Origin: Octopus sinensis
Taxonomy: Eukaryota
Length of the DNA stretch: 41,488 nt
Assembly: GCF_006345805.1 (NCBI RefSeq)
Contig: NW_021832530.1
Coordinates: 1-41,488 of the forward strand
Reading direction: 5' to 3'
Part shown: one piece after another, positions 35,206-41,488 of the stretch
Numbering within the stretch: position 1 is the first letter of the stretch
How the letters are laid out: each line of letters opens with the position of its first letter
The notes under the pieces: model-generated
Told to the model about the DNA's origin: nothing
Databases searched by the model: none
Seen by the model: only the letters and a program-made list of their open reading frames with translations
Translations under genes and position numbers: made by a program

Positions 35206-35405
35206 TGCCACCACCACCACCATATTGCATGTCCACAAGCAGCAAAAAGAAAATGTCGAGCACAGGGATGGAGTTACAGCTCCAAACAAATGAAAACAAT
35301 GCAACGAAGTTACCTTCAGATCTGAACAATCTGCCAAGGTGTGGCTTATGTGGTAACACAAATCATCTAAAGGGTTTGTGTCAGCAACGAAGTAAGAAAC
35401 GTTAG
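35202..35405 (+). CDS. Candidate coding segment with CCHC zinc knuckle downstream of a poly-Pro frame
   Basis: PLPPPPPYCMSTSSKKKMSSTGMELQLQTNENNATKLPSDLNNLPR-CGLCGNTNHLKGLC-QQRSKKR*; exact C-x2-C-x4-H-x4-C at 35340-35381; preceded by TAG 35199-35201; possible donor GTAAGA at 35392. Confidence 0.45.
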   Translation, partial: PLPPPPPYCMSTSSKKKMSSTGMELQLQTNENNATKLPSDLNNLPRCGLCGNTNHLKGLCQQRSKKR

Positions 35406-35501
35406 ATCTCCACAACTTACTACTTACTACACAGCGCCTTGGCAATGGCCAAAAAAAAACAATTTTCCCCGGCGCGTTGACGGTTCTGCCAGCTCACCGC
35501 C

Positions 35502-35503
<2 letters not shown>

Positions 35504-35537
<34 letters not shown>

Positions 35538-35578
35538 TATAATAATAATAATAATAATAATAATTATAATAATAATAG

Positions 35579-35656
<78 letters not shown>

Positions 35657-35847
35657 TATAATAATAATAGATAATAATAATAATAATATAATAATAATAA
35701 TAATTAATATAATAATAATAGATAATAATAATAATAATTAATAATAATAATAATAGATAATAATAATAATATAATAATAATAATAAAATAATAATAATAA
35801 TAATTAATAATAATAATAGATAATAATAATAATAATAATAATAATAA

Positions 35848-35886
<39 letters not shown>

Positions 35887-35905
35887 TAATAATAAAATAA
35901 TAATA

Positions 35906-35947
<42 letters not shown>

Positions 35948-35963
35948 CATAATAATAATAATA

Positions 35964-36003
<40 letters not shown>

Positions 36004-36027
36004 TAATAATAATAATAATAATAATGT

Positions 36028-36058
<31 letters not shown>

Positions 36059-36116
36059 AAGAAGAAGAAGAAGAAGAAGAAGAGAAGAAGAAGAAGAAGA
36101 AGAAGAAGAAGAAGAA
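35504..36116. repeat. ~520-bp (AAT)n array followed by (GAA)n
   Basis: Directly visible; preceded by a SINE head remnant at 35467-35503. Confidence 0.97.
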
Positions 36117-36417
36117 TCCTTTCTACTGTTGTCACAAGGCCTGGAATTTGAGGGAGGTGGATAGTTGATCATATCTACCCCCAGGCCATCAAGGACTTCA
36201 TCATCGACAACAAATGCAAAATCATAACAGTGGTCAATTACAACAGCTGTAGCTGCAACAACAGCCACAGAAGCATTAACACCCACAACCAGTAAAACAA
36301 AGGACAACCACGGGGAGACTGTAATAAAACCAACAACGGGTAAGATTGCAACGGGTGTAACATCGCCCCAAATCAGTATCAGAATCCTCTCAGCCCAGCA
36401 CAACGCTACAAACATAC

Positions 36418-36556
36418 CTATTTCTTTATTACCCACAAGGGGCTAAACATAGAGGGGACAAACAAGGACAGACATAGGTATTAAGTCGATTACATCGACC
36501 CCAGTGCGTAACTGGTACTTAATTTATCGACCCCGAAAGGATGAAAGGCAAAGTCA
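36418..36556 (-). mobile_element. OR-like SINE body fragment
   Basis: tatttctttattacccacaaggggct...gaaaggatgaaaggcaaagtc. Confidence 0.85.
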
Positions 36557-36657
36557 CCACAAACATACCGTTTCTCCTTCAGCTCACTTGGATATATCGT
36601 GAAATGAGGGCGACGAAGAAGAGAGGGAGTGTGGAACAATGACGAATTGTTTCAGTA

Positions 36658-36706
<49 letters not shown>

Positions 36707-36911
36707 AGAGAGGGAGAGAGAGAGAGAAAGAGTAAAAAGGACAAAAACAAGTCTGCCCTCTACCACCACTACCAACCACCACCACAGAACAATGTCAACA
36801 CTGCAAATATCACAACAAAAGAAAACACAACCCAATCTATACCAAACCTAAGAATAAAAACTTAACAAAGAGAATCATAAGCTACACGGCCATAGACACA
36901 GACAGACAGAC

Positions 36912-36942
<31 letters not shown>

Positions 36943-36990
36943 CACACACACACACACAACAATTGCTGAACATATACATCAATATATACA

Positions 36991-37224
36991 TATTTCTTTA
37001 CTGCCCACAAAGGGCTAAACATAGAGGGGACAAACAAGGACAGACGAAGGGATTAAGTCGATTATATCGCCCCCAGTGCGAAACTGGTACTTTATTTAAT
37101 CGACCCCGAAAGGATGAAAGGAAAAGTGGACCTCGGCGGAATTTGAACTCAGAACGTAACGACAGACGAAATACCGCTAAGCATTTCGCCCGGCGCGCTA
37201 ATGTTTCTGCCAACTCACCGCCTT
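36991..37224 (-). mobile_element. OR-like SINE, single-body full length
   Basis: Complete head-to-tail match to one unit of 11352-11585. Confidence 0.9.
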
Positions 37225-37283
37225 CATACACCAATATATAGACACCATGGCTACATTACAACAAAACATGACAAACACACATA

Positions 37284-37796
37284 TCTATATATATAAAAGT
37301 GAAGTTGTGTGAGTGTCTGTCTCCTACGATTTAGATTCCCAACTACTCCCACATTTTGCGGTGCAGTTTAACCAAATTCGGGTATCTTATAGTCGTGATT
37401 CATATCGAGCCCTTCTGGGTATTAGCGCGCGTCTACGATGAGTCTACGATTTTAAAAATAATTTAACATCATTTTTTATTCCATTTTAATGCATAATTTT
37501 TCGTGTGTCGATGGCGGCGGAGTTGGCGTCCATGGTCACACCTGCACCTGTTTGCTTCTCCCCCTTCTTCCCTCCCTCGTGAAGCTGTGGGGAAGGGAGT
37601 GTAAGGAAATCAACGTCGTAAAGCGTTGTCAAGGAGACCAGCGTTCTTTTAGAACAACGACTTCATGGCTTGAAGACACCAAAACAGAAATGGCTAAGAA
37701 AGCCCGAATTGGCATCTATAAGGGAAGTAACTCTCTAAAAATGCTTATATAGTTATTTCCCTTACAAACCCGAGCAACGCCGGGCGATACTGCTAG
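37284..37796 (+). mobile_element. Non-autonomous Helitron, 513-bp form with foreign internal segment
   Basis: A|TC at 37284, hairpin plus CTAG|T at 37796; about 37495-37725 is absent from the other three copies. Confidence 0.8.
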
Positions 37797-37881
37797 TAAT
37801 TTATTAAAAGAAAACCCAGCTAAATTTTCGGCAGACATATCTCCAAATCGAGTGGGAACGGGGGGGGGGGGTCAAACTCAC

Positions 37882-38313
37882 CGAGTGTTTTGTAAATACG
37901 CTCTTATTTTTCCAGACCCAATCGTAAGTCGGTAGTGTGAAACGTAATTAACAGCGAGCGCTCTCCGAATAAGAACCGTGTACGCACCTCTTTTTAGTGT
38001 TACTGAAAGATAGTTACCACACCCTGGATGTTCTTTGCGATTGTGTGGAGCTATCCAAAAGGGAGGAGGCTGTATGAGCCTCACATACCTGCTCAGACGT
38101 TTCCATGTTTGACAGGCAGCAGCAATAAGATTTGCGAACGTGACACTGCAGACATGGTTAAACGGCGTCAAGTCAACAAGATCGTATCTTGTTAGAATAT
38201 TCTGTAGGCCAGTAGACAAGGATAGTCTAAGTTGTCCACTATTTGTCGTCGGCTTACAAACTGGTGAGCTGTGCAGTCGACCTACATAGAATTCATTGGC
38301 AGAGGTTTGGTCA
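37882..38313 (-). CDS. Candidate 432-bp internal exon (phase 2 / phase 2) of an unidentified host gene
   Basis: Acceptor aactcatttagctttcAG|T at 38315-38314, donor CG|GTGAGT at 37881; 143 full codons with no stop, in non-repetitive, GC-richer sequence; no family recognised. Confidence 0.5.
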
Positions 38314-38504
38314 CTGAAAGCTAAATGAGTTTTTCCTGGCACGCAAAGCTTACTGAGATCAGATTAGCGAATTAGTTAAGCAGACGTTGAAGGAGACAAG
38401 CGTCAACAGCAAATGGTGGTTGCCAAAATGGGTGGTTGAAGTAGAATTGATAAGATTAAGTAAGGAAGTAATATCAGAGAACGCTATATATTAGAGGGAG
38501 GTCT

Positions 38505-38700
38505 ACTTGTTGGACAAAATTCTTAGCATCGTTTCTTCAGGCTTTTCACAATCTGAGTTCCAATTCCGTCCAGGCCGACTTTGCCTTTCACTCTTTCGGG
38601 GTCGATGAAACATATATACATCAAGTACTGGGTGGGGATCTATATAATCAACTAACCCTTTACCTCTAAAATTCCAGGCCTTGTGCATATAAACAAAAGG
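38505..38700 (+). mobile_element. Degenerate OR-like SINE
   Basis: ctgagttccaattccg...gactttgcctttcactctttcggggtcgat. Confidence 0.7.
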
Positions 38701-38735
38701 AGTATTATAGGAGTATTATTATTATTATTATTGAT

Positions 38736-38930
38736 GAGGCAGTGAGTAGGTAGTATCGTTACCGCGTTGATTAAAATGCTTAACGGTATTTCGTCCGTCT
38801 TCACGTTCCGAGTTCAAATCCTGCCGAAGTTGACTTTGCGTTTCATCATTTCGGTGTCCATAAAATAAATAGCAGTCGAGCACAGAACCTCCCCACCACC
38901 AAATTTCAGGCCTAGTGCCCTTTATTAGAA
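38736..38930 (+). mobile_element. Degenerate OR-like SINE
   Basis: aggcagtgag head, gtatttcgtcc...gagttcaaatcctgccgaagttgactttgc. Confidence 0.7.
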
Positions 38931-38933
38931 AGA

Positions 38934-38984
<51 letters not shown>

Positions 38985-39063
38985 GTTGTTGTTGTTGTTG
39001 TTCTTGTTGTTGTTATTATCATAGTTGTTGTTGTTAATCTCATCATCATCATCATTATTATTA

Positions 39064-39200
39064 TTAAATTCCGCTGCGGTCGACTCAGCCTTTCATCCTT
39101 GCAAGATCGATAAAATAAGTACCAGTTGAGTACTGGGGGCCGATCTAATCGACTAGCCACCCCATCCCCCCAACAAACAAACTTAGAATAGAAAGGATTA
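39064..39200 (+). mobile_element. OR-like SINE fragment
   Basis: aaattccgctgcggtcgactcagcctttcatcc...aagtaccagttgagtactggggg. Confidence 0.7.
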
Positions 39201-39458
39201 TTATTATTTTTACTTGCTGACCCCGTGCGGTCAACAATGACGGCTAATTGTAGTATTTTATAAGGTAGAAAACCACTTTTAGTTTGATAATTTTTTACTA
39301 CTAAATTTTTTTTTGTGAAACATCTATCCGCAACTAACATCCCTTGACTGCTTATTTCCTCTTAAAAAAAATAAAGTTTTCCTTCCTTTTTGTACAACTT
39401 AAGGTCACATAAATTTGGCTGTAACTAAATATGGGCGCTGGCAAGTAAATACCAAATT

Positions 39459-39523
39459 CACAGAGTTGAAACGCTGTTTGATTTTTATTTTTAGCGTTGA
39501 CTGTTCACCATTCCATTTCCATT

Positions 39524-39557
<34 letters not shown>

Positions 39558-39843
39558 CACACACGTACGCACACACACACATTCACATACCTCCCTTTTA
39601 CATACACATACAAACATTCACATGACTCCCTTTTACATACACACACATATACTCACAGGGTTGAAACGCTGTTTGATTTTTAATTTTAGCGTTGACTGTT
39701 CACCATTCCACTTCCTCTGCATACACACACACACACACACACATTCACATACCTCCTTTTTCATACACATACAAACATTCATATGACTCCCTTTTACATA
39801 CACACACATATACTCACAGAGTTGAAACGCTGTTTGATTTTTT
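39459..39843. repeat. Tandem repeat of ~160-195-bp units with embedded (CA)n
   Basis: cacag(a/g)gttgaaacgctgtttgattttt recurs at 39459, 39654 and 39815. Confidence 0.85.
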
Positions 39844-40029
39844 TCACCGTATAATTTCCATCATCCCACTACCAGTTTGCCATCACCCCTTCCTTCTTTA
39901 TTCATCTATCACCCCTCCCTTTCTCATTCATATGTTGTGACGGAGAAAAACACAAGTCCTGTACCTTCATCAGAAGTGTTGTACCATGTTTTGATTTTTT
40001 GGGGCTCAAGACTTTTCATACACCCCCTC

Positions 40030-40030
40030 G

Positions 40031-40126
<96 letters not shown>

Positions 40127-40206
40127 CATATATATATATGTATTATGTATGTATGTGTGTGTATGTATGTATATATATATATGTATATGTATATGTATGT
40201 ATATAT

Positions 40207-40237
<31 letters not shown>

Positions 40238-40922
40238 TCACACACACATAATATATACAATATATATATATATGTATATATATATGTATGTGTGTGTGTA
40301 TAACCTATATATTCCAGATGTAGGAGAATGACAATCGTATTTGCAAGCCCACATTTATAAATACACAAATCAGGAACATTCATGTATATGCGTGTGTGTT
40401 GTTGTGTGTCTGAGTGTGAATGTGTGCGTGCATATGTGTGTGTATGTGTGTGAATACGTATATATATATATGTATATATGTATTTAACATGTTTCTGCAT
40501 TTTTCAGTCTCTTTCTATCAATCAATCTATCTATATGTATGTATATATGTATTCATATATATGTATGTATATATAGATACACACAAACACACACACAGAC
40601 ACATACATATAAATGAGAACATCAACAAAACAGAGATATTCAAACACACGGGGTGGGGCATGAGCGTATCTAGCTCTCTATATAAATGTGTTTATGCGCA
40701 ACAGATATATATATATATATATACGCATATAGATACACTCACATAAACACATAAACTCACAAACATACACATAGTATCAAAAACCAAACACACTCACAAA
40801 CTTATATATATATATATATATATAATATATATATACCATACATACATACATACATACACATCACATACATACATAATATATATGTGTGTGTGTGTATAAA
40901 CTTTGCTCTTGCCTATATATAT

Positions 40923-40960
<38 letters not shown>

Positions 40961-41300
40961 CGCATATAGACACACTCACATAACACATATACTCACAAAC
41001 TTATATATACATACATACATACATAGATACATACATACATGCATACATACATGCATACATACATACATACATACATACATACATGCATACATAGATACAT
41101 ATACATACATACATACATTATATATATATATATATACATATATATATACATTTATATATATATGCACATACAAACACTCATATATGCTCCTCACAAACAT
41201 ATATATATATATTTATGTATATATGTTATGTATCAATATATGCTCATCACTCGCACACTCGCTTCCCCCCTCTACACTCTACACACACACACACACAAGG
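40030..41300. repeat. Mixed (TA)/(TG)/(TACA) low-complexity region
   Basis: Directly visible. Confidence 0.9.
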
Positions 41301-41488
41301 TATTATTATAAGCGTAATGCATTGTAAATTTCAACATGTACACACAACATATGAATATTCAAATAAAACACGACGAACAGTTACAGACCGCGAAAACTAT
41401 AATGGTGGATGTTACAAGTCAGTCAATCGACTAAGCCAAAATCTGACAAGGCAAACGGATTAACCTTCTTTCTTATTGACAAAGGGAT

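Noticed and set aside
35804-36436. 210-aa hydrophobic minus-strand ORF resembling a membrane protein
   Set aside because: Starts in a SINE tail and ends in (TTC)/(TTA) repeats; the Val/Ile richness is the antisense of an ACA/ACC-rich degenerate tract

Overview
AT-rich, repeat-saturated eukaryotic DNA that is mostly non-coding. It is probably an octopus or other coleoid cephalopod intron or intergenic region; this is inferred from tRNA-derived SINEs resembling octopus OR-type families and from dense TA/TACA/AAT microsatellites. There are no prokaryotic genes, rRNA, true tRNA genes or CRISPR, and most ORFs in the supplied track are microsatellite translations. (1) 895-17.6 kb is a Penelope-like element (PLE) and hammerhead ribozyme (HHR) zone. 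It holds a 5'-truncated Naiad-like RT+GIY-YIG element folded into a ~7.4-kb palindrome (arms 1627-4486 and 6296-8978), with an HHR in each arm whose stem II carries an 84-nt insert. Several miniature HHR- or hairpin-bearing elements sit in nearby (TA)n tracts. (2) 19.4-32.2 kb is a same-strand array of seven R4/Dong-clade RLE LINE copies separated mostly by (AAT/CAA)n tails; one is near full length and one is split by three SINE families. (3) There are four non-autonomous Helitrons, one carrying a foreign internal segment, a piggyBac-type MITE, and many SINEs. (4) 33-38.5 kb has islands of unique sequence, including a poly-Pro + CCHC zinc-knuckle frame absent from the ORF track and a candidate 432-bp symmetric exon on the minus strand. 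Family names come from motif recognition, not database searches.
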